A DNA stretch of 30,071 nucleotides from Elusimicrobiota bacterium. GTDB lineage: Bacteria > Elusimicrobiota > Elusimicrobia > UBA1565 > UBA9628. Each line of letters begins with the position of its first letter. Positions within the stretch are counted from its first letter, which is position 1. The notes beneath the pieces are model-generated. The model saw nothing but the letters and a program-made list of their open reading frames with translations. It had not been told where the DNA came from and did not search any database. The stretch lies in NCBI GenBank assembly GCA_043731745.1, contig JAYTIP010000119.1, positions 1 through 30,071 on the forward strand, written 5' to 3'. Both the position numbers and the translations under genes were made by a program. This document shows positions 16,098 through 23,582 of this stretch, one piece after another.

Positions 16098-16940
16098 TTA
16101 ATACTTATGGTGGCAATAGCCGATAGCATCGAAAGAGATGCTGGGTTCGACCATCGCGTTCCCGGTGGCCTTATCGATCCACTGAGTGGTGTGAATCGCG
16201 GCGCCCCCGGAACCGATGAATTTCTTGTCGTCGTAAAAATCCCTGTTGCTGCCCTCCGCCCAATTGCCCAGGTGCGCTTTGTCTCCCCCAAAAAGGCCGT
16301 ATTTTGAAACGGCTTCATCGCAGCTCACAACCCACGGCCCGACGAACACGTACTTCCAACGAGCGAACGCCGTTTCGGAGTCTGGGAAGCCCGGTCCAAA
16401 TGAATTGACGAACTCGTTTGACATCGGTTTCTTCGCCCGTGCAAATTGGTCCTTTAAATATTGAACGCGCTTCTCCTTTGGCTGGCATATGGAGAACTTG
16501 GGATTCGTCGGGCACGCTTTCTTGGCTTGCTCATCCAGGGACTTCTCGTATCTTTCCTCGGCGGTCTCCTTCGTGCTCTCCTTCGCCGAGCTCGAGCCCG
16601 GCCCACGCTTCTTACTCGCGGCGCTCGTTAGCGGGTCGGCGCTTGGTCTATTGTTGCCCCCGCCGGAGTTTTGCCGGACCTGCCCGTCGCCGGTGATCGG
16701 GGGCGGCGCGTCTTGATTGGCGGAGAATTCCATGATTCCGGGGTGGACGACTCGGATAACGCGAGGGCCGTGGTCCACGGCCGGCGCATCCGCCGGCACG
16801 GACGCCTCCGCCTGCCCGTTCGCCGTATGGGTCTCGTAGTGTTTCCCTTGCTGAGCGAACGAGCGGAGGGAGCACAGCATGAGAACTGCGGAGGCTCGTG
16901 ACAAAGTCGAGATGTCCCAGCTTTGGCTCCTGACATTCAT
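16098..16940 (-). CDS. Hypothetical, probably secreted protein (islet cargo)
   Basis: 280-aa ORF with GGAG SD and promoter; signal-like N-terminus, low-complexity P/G/S/K linker, Cys-containing C-terminal domain at about 53% GC (213/400 counted over 16101-16500). Confidence 0.65.
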   Translation of the reverse strand: MNVRSQSWDISTLSRASAVLMLCSLRSFAQQGKHYETHTANGQAEASVPADAPAVDHGPRVIRVVHPGIMEFSANQDAPPPITGDGQVRQNSGGGNNRPSADPLTSAASKKRGPGSSSAKESTKETAEERYEKSLDEQAKKACPTNPKFSICQPKEKRVQYLKDQFARAKKPMSNEFVNSFGPGFPDSETAFARWKYVFVGPWVVSCDEAVSKYGLFGGDKAHLGNWAEGSNRDFYDDKKFIGSGGAAIHTTQWIDKATGNAMVEPSISFDAIGYCHHKY

Positions 16941-16976
16941 AGCTGCTCCGTGGCCGCTTCGGGCTGACTTGCTGCT

Positions 16977-17004
16977 AGTATAAAGCCTTTCCGGAGATAA
17001 TCAA
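16977..17004 (-). promoter_or_regulatory. Promoter of the islet gene
   Basis: TTGATT 16999-17004 - N16 - TATACT 16977-16982. Confidence 0.5.
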
Positions 17005-17037
17005 GGCGGCGGCCATTAGGCTTGGGCGAATTCTCGG

Positions 17038-17526
17038 CTAAGCGCGGCGGCGGCCGGCTTTATATAGGAAGGTCGCGAGCACCGCGATGAGCACGGCCAG
17101 GACGGCTTGGAAGGTCAGGAAGCAGGCGACCTTGAGGACGGCGAATTCGGGGGAGACGAAGCGCACGAGCCAGCCCGAGGCCTCGCCGATGAAGGACGAG
17201 CCGAAGCCGAGGCCGATGATCCACTTCTTGGTCCGGTCTTCCCACGGGGCGAAGATCGCGAGGTGGGTCAGCAAAAGCACCATCACGCCCATCGTCGCGA
17301 GGTGCGCGTGGCTGACCTCGAGCAAGGACGCCGCGCTGCGCGGCTGGGAGTACTCCTCGGCCGAGCCCAGGTAATAGGCCTGCACGGAGGACGGCGCGAG
17401 CGACATGCGCTGAAAATACATCGCGCCGTTGGTGACCCAGAGCCCGGCCGCGAAGAGCAAGGTCCAGGACAAGGTCATCCGCATCAGCGGATTGTTCTGG
17501 AAGCCGCCCGTCTGCATGTATTTCAC
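17038..17526 (-). CDS. Four-TM membrane protein with HxH...H helix (possible cytochrome b-like)
   Basis: Four hydrophobic segments; LLEVSHAHLATMGVMVLLLTH; last gene of the apbE operon. Start is GTG 17526 or ATG 17517. Confidence 0.7.
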   Translation of the reverse strand: MKYMQTGGFQNNPLMRMTLSWTLLFAAGLWVTNGAMYFQRMSLAPSSVQAYYLGSAEEYSQPRSAASLLEVSHAHLATMGVMVLLLTHLAIFAPWEDRTKKWIIGLGFGSSFIGEASGWLVRFVSPEFAVLKVACFLTFQAVLAVLIAVLATFLYKAGRRRA

Positions 17527-17538
17527 GGCGCTAGTCTA

Positions 17539-18084
17539 TCACTTCGCGGGTTTGGCGTTCAGCGCCTGATGAACGGCCAGCGCGCGGCGCACGCCGCGAG
17601 ACACCGCCTCGGCCGTCAAGGTGGCGCCCGCGATGTTGCGCAGGCCGCGGCGCAAAGTCAGCTCGTCGCCGAGCGGCTTGAGCGCGAACTGATCGAGCCA
17701 GCGCTTGGGCGCGAGGTAGTCCGGTGGCTCGGCGAAGGAGAGGATCTCCACGAAGCGCACCTTCGCGTCGGCGCCGACGACCACCATGATCGTCTCGTTC
17801 ATCGTCCGCACCGGATGGGATTCGAAGTAGGCCGTCGTCGAGCCGGACACATAATAGGTCCACATCGGCGACTCGAGCTTGGATTGGGCCGCTTGTTCGA
17901 CGGCGAGGGTCTGTTCCTTCGAGAGAAACGCCGTGCGGCGCTCGGCCTGCGCGCCGCCGAACGCCATGGCCAGCGCGTCCCTTTGCGAGACGAGAACGCG
18001 CGCCTCGGACGGGACGACTTCCAATATCGGGGCGGCCTGGACGAGGGCGGCGGCTAGAAGATGTACGCGAGACCGAGGTTCCAC
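17539..18084 (-). CDS. FMN-binding domain protein (flavinylation substrate), exported
   Basis: YFESHPVRT.NET.MVVV, FAEPPDY, W..QF, NIAGATLT (variant [S/T]GA[S/T] motif); GTG 18084 with GGGAG SD gives an Arg-containing signal peptide. Confidence 0.8.
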   Translation of the reverse strand: MEPRSRVHLLAAALVQAAPILEVVPSEARVLVSQRDALAMAFGGAQAERRTAFLSKEQTLAVEQAAQSKLESPMWTYYVSGSTTAYFESHPVRTMNETIMVVVGADAKVRFVEILSFAEPPDYLAPKRWLDQFALKPLGDELTLRRGLRNIAGATLTAEAVSRGVRRALAVHQALNAKPAK

Positions 18085-19382
18085 TGGTTGACTCCCGTGC
18101 GCGCCTGATTGCGCTTCCACTGCTGGTCGAGCTTGACCGCGATCTGCGGGATCGGCTTGTAGGTCGCGCCGAGGGTGTACTCGACGCGGCTGTTCGCCGG
18201 GTCCTTCGAGTACGCCGCGGGCGTCTTCGCCTGGGTGTCGTAGCGCTCGTAGCGGAAGAACGGCGAGAGCGATTGACCCTTCGCGTTCTTAAGGAGCGTC
18301 AGCAGGTCGTAAGAGGCCTCGGCGTAGCCGCCGAACATCCGGCTGCCGATCGAATTTTTAGCCGCGTCTGTGTTTCCCTGTGCGACATTGAGGGTGTCGG
18401 CGTTGCCGATCCGGCCCTCGACGTACAGCGCCTTGACCGACGCGCCGCGCCACTCGGCCGTCGCGTGCGTCTCCCAGAGGGTCACCGGCACGGACTGGAC
18501 GGTGCGGCCCTGGTCGGCCTCGCCGACATAGAGGCCCACGCCGGCCTTGACGCCGGCGACGGGCACCACATCGACGCGGCTGGCCCACGCCAAGTCCTCG
18601 ATGGGCGTGTTCGAGCCTTCGGTGCGGCCTTCGCGGATGCCGGTCGCGGCGGTAAAGCCGTCCGTTTTCGGCTCGGCGTTGGCGACGGCGGTCAGGCCGC
18701 CCACGATATACGAGCGGTAGGACACCGGCCCGATCTCGCCGAACACGCCGGCGCCGTTCTCATGCCAGGTCGACGGGATGAGGTTCGTTTCGACCGAGGG
18801 GCGGTTGACGCCGTGGAAGACGGTCGGCTCGTGGACCTCGTTGACGAGGCCAAGGGGAACGATGATGTGTCCCGCGCGGATGCCGATCTCGTCGCGCAGC
18901 CGGAAGTCGATATACGCCTGCTCCATCTCGACCTCGCCGCGCTTCTCGTCGCCGGCTCCCGAGCTCGCGTGCTCGAATTCCAGCTCGGAGTTGAAGAGGA
19001 TCCAGTCGTTGAACTTGTAGCCGAAGTACAGCACGGCGCGCCGCAGGTCCAGCTGCTTCTTCTGGTTCGACGAATCGCCCTTCTGGTTGCGCTTGGAGGG
19101 CGCGGTCAGGTTGAATTCGCCATAACCGCCGATCGAGATCTTATTGGGCTTGGCGCCGTAGACCTTCGAGGAGGACGCGGCGAAGCCGGATTGGATTTTT
19201 TCCGCGGGGGACTCGGTCGATTCGCCCAATTTCAGCTTCTCGATCTCCTGAGTCAGGATGTCGACCTTGCGCTCGAGCTCTCCGAGCTTGGCCGAGTCCT
19301 GAGCGAAGGCGGGGGATATTAAGGTAACGAGCGTGAGCGTAGCGAACGCGAGCGCGAGTGCGGGTGCGGGTGCGGCTTTCAT
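18054..19382 (-). CDS. Outer-membrane beta-barrel porin-like protein with N-terminal coiled coil
   Basis: Signal peptide, LGELERKVDILTQEIEKLK, IGGYGEF, FNSELEFEH, amphipathic strands, C-terminal beta-signal GLAYIF; AAGGAGG SD. Confidence 0.8.
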   Translation of the reverse strand: MKAAPAPALALAFATLTLVTLISPAFAQDSAKLGELERKVDILTQEIEKLKLGESTESPAEKIQSGFAASSSKVYGAKPNKISIGGYGEFNLTAPSKRNQKGDSSNQKKQLDLRRAVLYFGYKFNDWILFNSELEFEHASSGAGDEKRGEVEMEQAYIDFRLRDEIGIRAGHIIVPLGLVNEVHEPTVFHGVNRPSVETNLIPSTWHENGAGVFGEIGPVSYRSYIVGGLTAVANAEPKTDGFTAATGIREGRTEGSNTPIEDLAWASRVDVVPVAGVKAGVGLYVGEADQGRTVQSVPVTLWETHATAEWRGASVKALYVEGRIGNADTLNVAQGNTDAAKNSIGSRMFGGYAEASYDLLTLLKNAKGQSLSPFFRYERYDTQAKTPAAYSKDPANSRVEYTLGATYKPIPQIAVKLDQQWKRNQARTGVNQWNLGLAYIF

Positions 19383-20137
19383 GAACGGCCTCCTTGCACG
19401 GCATGATCGAAGAACGAGCGCCCCCGGAAGGACTTGGGATTGCTTCCGAGGACATAAAGGGGGGTGGACCAGGCGTCGGCCTCGGTCGCGGTCGGGCAGA
19501 CGGCGGCGGCCGAGCCCGGGCGGCGCACGGCCTTGCCGTCGAAAGGGGAGCGGATGTGGCCGGGCCGCTCACTGTCGCCGGACACGGCGACGGACTCGTC
19601 GCGCAGAAGCAAGGGCGCGGGCGCTCCCGGGACCGTGACGAGCCAGCCGTCCGCGCCTTCAGGAGCCCCGACCGCCAGGACCTGACCGCCGAAGTTCAGC
19701 AAGGCGGCGCCGGCGCCCTCTTCCTTAAGAACCCGGGCCGCCTGGTCGAGCGCCCAGCCTTTGCCGAAGCCGCCGAAGTCGAGCCGGGCGCCGGCGGGCA
19801 AGGCGATCTCGCGGAGGCGGGCGTCGAGGACGATGTCTCGCCAGCCGAGCGTGGGCTCGAAAAGCCCTTCGGTCAGTTCGGCGTAGCGCAGCGCGGAGGC
19901 GACGGCCACGAAAAGTTCGGCCGACACGCGCGTGGGGCCGAGTCCCGCGCGCGCGTTGAGCGCGCACAGTTCGCTCTCTTCTTTGTAGAGGCTCAGGATG
20001 CGGTCCCAGCGTTCGATCTCCTCGAACGCCGCGGTGATCGAGGAAAACGCCGCGCCGGGCGCTTCGATGGAGCACAAGGTTCCCATCACCCAGCGCACGC
20101 GTTCCGGCGTCTTCTTATTGAGATTGTATTTCAACAA
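19379..20137 (-). CDS. apbE: ApbE-family FAD:protein FMN transferase (compact, no signal peptide; start uncertain)
   Basis: VMGT, LSLYKEESEL..LN, DFGGFGKGWALD, LLNFGGQV, AVSGD.ER, HI.SP..G, ADAWST; candidate starts are TTG 20137/20134, GTG 20098 and ATG 20086. Confidence 0.85.
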   Translation of the reverse strand: MLKYNLNKKTPERVRWVMGTLCSIEAPGAAFSSITAAFEEIERWDRILSLYKEESELCALNARAGLGPTRVSAELFVAVASALRYAELTEGLFEPTLGWRDIVLDARLREIALPAGARLDFGGFGKGWALDQAARVLKEEGAGAALLNFGGQVLAVGAPEGADGWLVTVPGAPAPLLLRDESVAVSGDSERPGHIRSPFDGKAVRRPGSAAAVCPTATEADAWSTPLYVLGSNPKSFRGRSFFDHAVQGGRS

Positions 20138-20183
20138 GGAAAAGATAACACAAGTCCTTATTGAAATGCAACATCAATAAGGA
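20112..20183. promoter_or_regulatory. Twin inverted-repeat operators (TGA-N9-TCA core) around the apbE-operon promoter
   Basis: TTCTTATTGA-N9-TCAACAAGGA (20112-20140) and TCCTTATTGA-N9-TCAATAAGGA (20155-20183); minus-strand TTGCAT 20166-20171 - N18 - TG.TATCTT 20142-20147. Confidence 0.7.
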
Positions 20184-20190
20184 TTGAGGC

Positions 20191-20222
20191 AAAAAAGAGG
20201 GCCCGCCTTTCGGCGGGCCCTC
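20191..20222 (-). terminator. Intrinsic terminator of the DsbA-like gene
   Basis: 11-bp stem GAGGGCCCGCC/GGCGGGCCCTC, GAAA loop on the mRNA, six U. Confidence 0.85.
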
Positions 20223-20238
20223 GGTCTCCAGGCGAGGC

Positions 20239-21015
20239 TTACTTCGCTTCGAGCTTCGCGATGATCTTCTCGAACGCCTCGACGGGGTAAGCGCCGCGCA
20301 GGGGGACGCCGTTGATCAGGTAGGCGGGCGTGCCCTCGATGCCGAAGCCCTTGGCTTCCACCATGTCGGCTTCGATCTTCTTGGCGACGGCCTCGCTCTT
20401 CGCGTCCTTGGCGGCCTTCGCCGCGTCGAGGCCGAGGTCCTTCGTCACGGCCTTGAAGTAGTCCTCGCCGAGCTTGCTCTGGTTCTCGAACATCATGTCG
20501 TGGAACGCCCACGCCTTCTCCGGGCTCTGAAGCGCGAGCGCCTCGAACCACTGCGCCGCGGGCATCGCCAGCGGGTGGAAGTTGAGGGGGAAGTTCTTGA
20601 AGACGACGCGCAGCTTGTCGCCGTGGAGCTTGCGCAGCTGCTCGAGGTTCTTGTAGCCGGCGCTGCAGTAGGGGCACTGGAAGTCGGAGTACTCGACGAT
20701 CGTGATCGGCGCGTCCTTAGGGCCGCGCTGACGCGAGGCGTCGGTGATCGCGGGCTTCAGCGGGTTCTTGATGGCGTTCTCGCGCTCGGTCTCCTCGCGC
20801 TTGGCCTCCTCGATCTGCTTCTTCTTCTGGAACTCCTGCTGGGACTCGACGATGATTTCGAAGAACTTGGCTTTGTCGGCCTTTTTCAGGGCGGCGAGCA
20901 CGAGGTCGGGGTTCGCCTCGAGGGCCTTCTTGAGGTCGTCGCGGGAGATGGCGGCCGAGGCGGGGACGGCGAGTATCGCGGCGAGCAGCAAGGACGCGGC
21001 GTTTGAAAGGGTCAT
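20239..21015 (-). CDS. DsbA/thioredoxin-like disulfide oxidoreductase (exported)
   Basis: Signal peptide, APITIVEYSDFQCPYC, FKNFPL..H, GIEGTP.YLING; AGGAG SD. Confidence 0.92.
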   Translation of the reverse strand: MTLSNAASLLLAAILAVPASAAISRDDLKKALEANPDLVLAALKKADKAKFFEIIVESQQEFQKKKQIEEAKREETERENAIKNPLKPAITDASRQRGPKDAPITIVEYSDFQCPYCSAGYKNLEQLRKLHGDKLRVVFKNFPLNFHPLAMPAAQWFEALALQSPEKAWAFHDMMFENQSKLGEDYFKAVTKDLGLDAAKAAKDAKSEAVAKKIEADMVEAKGFGIEGTPAYLINGVPLRGAYPVEAFEKIIAKLEAK

Positions 21016-21070
21016 GAAGGTCTCCTGTTTGAGCCCGGCCAGAATATCATTTTCTTTCGCTCGGACATAA

Positions 21071-21104
21071 GCCGCCCCCCGCCCGTTTAGGGGCGAGGGG
21101 CGGT
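21071..21104. terminator. Stem-loop downstream of TetR
   Basis: GCCGCCCC.CGCCC / GGGCG.GGGGCGGT; weak U-tract. Confidence 0.45.
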
Positions 21105-21164
21105 TGTTCAGTTGACGGCTTAGCAGCCGCAGGGAGTCTTGGGACCCATGGTATTAGTCCTCCT

Positions 21165-21764
21165 TTAGACGACTTTATACTGCACCAAAAGCTGTTTGGC
21201 GACCTTGCCGACCCGGCCGAACACCTTCGCGTCGCGGCGGGACCGGGCCAGCATCATCGCTCCTTCATAGAGCGCCACGATGGACTCGGCCGTGGCTTGC
21301 GCGTCCAGCTCCTTCCTGAAATATCCTTTCGACTTGCAGCGTTCGAGGCAGGCCGACAGCCCCGCGGCCCACTCGTCGAAGAAGCCGGCGACCTTCAGCC
21401 GGAATGTCTCGTCCAAATCGCTCATCTCGAGGGCGATGTTGCCCACGAAGCAACCCGCCTTGCAGCCGTTGCCGTTGAAGACCTGCTCGGCCGCCGTGAA
21501 CATCTCCTCGACCGCGTCCTCGGGCGAGGCCTGCGCGCACACCGGCTCGACTTTTCGGGACTGGAACTCCTTGATCTTGTAGTCCAGAACCGCCAGCGCC
21601 AGCTCCGACTTCGACCCGTAGTGATGGATCAAATTGCCCTTGGTCATGCCGCACGCCTCGGCGATCTCGTCCAGGCAAGCGTGGTTATAGCCCTTGAGAT
21701 GGATGACATGCTCCGCCTGTTGGAGGATGCGTTCGCGGACGGCGACATCGGGTTTGCGTGCCAT
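21165..21764 (-). CDS. TetR/AcrR family regulator (NemR/LmrA-like, Cys-rich)
   Basis: RERIL..A......GY....LDEIA...GMTKGNL.HHY.SK..L; GCFVGN; six Cys. Confidence 0.92.
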   Translation of the reverse strand: MARKPDVAVRERILQQAEHVIHLKGYNHACLDEIAEACGMTKGNLIHHYGSKSELALAVLDYKIKEFQSRKVEPVCAQASPEDAVEEMFTAAEQVFNGNGCKAGCFVGNIALEMSDLDETFRLKVAGFFDEWAAGLSACLERCKSKGYFRKELDAQATAESIVALYEGAMMLARSRRDAKVFGRVGKVAKQLLVQYKVV

Positions 21765-21768
21765 ATTG

Positions 21769-21790
21769 ATTGACTGACCGTACAGTCAAT
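21769..21790. promoter_or_regulatory. TetR autoregulatory operator
   Basis: ATTGACTG-ACCGTA-CAGTCAAT inverted repeat over the predicted TSS, 4 bp from the ATG. Confidence 0.75.
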
Positions 21791-21792
21791 TA

Positions 21793-21821
21793 ATTATACA
21801 GGGTTCTCTCGGCTCTGTCAA
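21793..21821 (-). promoter_or_regulatory. Perfect-consensus sigma70 promoter of TetR
   Basis: TTGACA 21816-21821 - N17 - TATAAT 21793-21798. Confidence 0.85.
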
Positions 21822-21975
21822 GCGGCAATCGTGTAACAAACACGGGACGCGGCCCGCCAAAGGGAATTGACGGGGGCTTGAGCGCCCTTTGCCCGGGAGT
21901 TGCGAGTGCGGCGCTACACTGGACTCATGCGATGAGCGAAGCCGGGGGTTCTATTTGGCCGGCGCGGAGGCACGG

Positions 21976-22458
21976 ATGAAAGATCGACAGAAGTCGAGGC
22001 AGGAGATCGAGGACGACGCGCGAGTCGACGAGGCGCTGGCCGAGTCTTTTCCGGCGAGCGACGCCCCGTCCTACAACCGCGGCGTTGAGGATCGTTCCGA
22101 CCGGCCGCAGGGATTCATGCGGCCGGACGAGCTGAAGTGGACCGCGATGGGAGGAGCTAAACCGATGAAACAGGAAGAAGAGTCGTCGTCGTCGTTCGCG
22201 TATCTGTTCGGGGGCATCGTGATCGGCGCCGTGTGCGGGTTGCTGTTCGCTCCTAAGAAAGGGAGCGAATTGATCGAGGACATCAATGAGTGGGGACACG
22301 ACACGAAGGAGCGGGGTCAGGAGATGTATTCCAAGGTCAAGGAGTACATTCCGCACCGCGTCAAGCGCACGGTGAGCGACGGCGTCACCGCGGCGCGTCA
22401 GGCCGGTGGTCGCGCGTACGACCGAATCAAGGACAAGACCGAAGATCACGAGTCTTAG
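21976..22458 (+). CDS. YtxH-like stress protein with in-frame N-terminal 'DEALAESFPASDAP' peptide; second start at 22165
   Basis: GGAGG SD before ATG 21976; GGGAGGAG SD before in-frame ATG 22165; YtxH motif G..IGAV.GLLFAPKKGSE. Confidence 0.75.
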   Translation: MKDRQKSRQEIEDDARVDEALAESFPASDAPSYNRGVEDRSDRPQGFMRPDELKWTAMGGAKPMKQEEESSSSFAYLFGGIVIGAVCGLLFAPKKGSELIEDINEWGHDTKERGQEMYSKVKEYIPHRVKRTVSDGVTAARQAGGRAYDRIKDKTEDHES

Positions 22459-23582
22459 GACTCGTGGCGGAGGGCGGCGGTCGAGTGTAGGCCGCCGCCC
22501 GAGCGGGGCACGACGCCGATTCCGGCTTTGACCCCGGAGAGGTCGTAAACCCCGCCGGGTCCGAAGCCGACCCCGCGCGTGGGGTTCTCAGCGAGCCACA
22601 GAGGCGTATCGAGGTCGACGAACTCAACTCCGCCCAATCCGGCCGCCAGGTGCGCGGCGGCACCCATCGCAAGCGGCGTCTCCACCATCCCGCCCACCAT
22701 GACCTTGAGGCCGCTGGCGCGCGCGATCAGGCCGCAGTCCCACGCCTCGAGCACGCCCATCTTCATGAGCTTGAGGTTAAGCACCTGAGCCGCGCCCGTC
22801 CGCGCCAGCTTGAGGGCGTCCGCGCGGCCTCGCAGGGACTCGTCGGCCGCGACGGGTATGCCGCTCTTCTTGTGAAACGCGATCAAGCCCTTGAGGTCGT
22901 CGGCCTCCGCCGGCTGCTCGAACATGACGGGGCGAATGCCGCGCTTTTTGAGGAGCCTGACTAATTCCAGGGAATGCGACGGGCCGTATCCCTGGTTCGC
23001 GTCGAGCGTGAGCGCGGCGGAGCGGTGAACCTCGGCGACCGCGGCGACGCGCGCGGCGTCCTCCTCGGGAGGATAACCGACCTTGATCTTGATGACGCTC
23101 ACGCCGAGCTTGCGGATGCGGCGCGCGGCGGCGCGGGCCGCTTCGGCGCTGCCGAGCGTGACGGTGACATCGGAGACGACGCGGTCGGTCGCGCCGCCGA
23201 ATAAGGTCCGTAGGGGGATTTTCGCGCGTCGCGTCCAGGCGTCGAGCAGCGCCACCCCGAGCGCGGCCCGGGCGGCGCCGCCATGGTGGGGGAGAGCTTC
23301 CTCGACTTCCTCGAGGCGCGTGCGCCAGGCCGACGCATCGCGCCCGAGCCAACGCTTGCCGACCTGCTTGATCTGTTTGAGAGACATCTGCGCGGTCTCG
23401 CCGTTGAAGGCGGGAAAGGGCGACGCCTCACCGTGGCCGACGGAGCCGTCGCGCAAGCGCACGGTCGTGAACACGGTCTCGAGCTCGGAGGAGGAGCCGC
23501 CGGCGATGGCGAAGGGCTCGTTCATCGCGACGCGAAGGGGGCGGGTTTCAACCGCGACGATTTCGGCCCCCGAGCGTTTCAT
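22455..23582 (-). CDS. Dipeptide (L-Ala-D/L-Glu) epimerase, enolase superfamily
   Basis: EPFAIAGG, GHGEA, IKIKVG, DANQG, EQP, DES, NLKLMKMG, DLD; ATG 23582 overlaps the upstream stop (ATGA). Confidence 0.9.
   Translation of the reverse strand: MKRSGAEIVAVETRPLRVAMNEPFAIAGGSSSELETVFTTVRLRDGSVGHGEASPFPAFNGETAQMSLKQIKQVGKRWLGRDASAWRTRLEEVEEALPHHGGAARAALGVALLDAWTRRAKIPLRTLFGGATDRVVSDVTVTLGSAEAARAAARRIRKLGVSVIKIKVGYPPEEDAARVAAVAEVHRSAALTLDANQGYGPSHSLELVRLLKKRGIRPVMFEQPAEADDLKGLIAFHKKSGIPVAADESLRGRADALKLARTGAAQVLNLKLMKMGVLEAWDCGLIARASGLKVMVGGMVETPLAMGAAAHLAAGLGGVEFVDLDTPLWLAENPTRGVGFGPGGVYDLSGVKAGIGVVPRSGGGLHSTAALRHES

Larger units (their letters stand above)
16073..17059. mobile_element. Single-gene islet bounded by a 22-bp direct repeat (duplicated 3' end of the 17038-17526 gene)
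   Basis: CTA(G/A)GCGCGGCGGCGGCCGGCT at 16073-16094 and 17038-17059 (21/22 identical, 965 bp apart); cargo has lower GC; no recombinase inside. Confidence 0.65.

Noticed and set aside
16098-16940. Polymorphic toxin-immunity pair
   Set aside because: No downstream co-oriented immunity ORF and no recognisable toxin motif.
19346-19377. Degenerate hexamer repeats in the porin signal peptide as a phase-variation tract
   Set aside because: In-frame, imperfect units encoding AP/AL dipeptides; slippage would not shift the frame.
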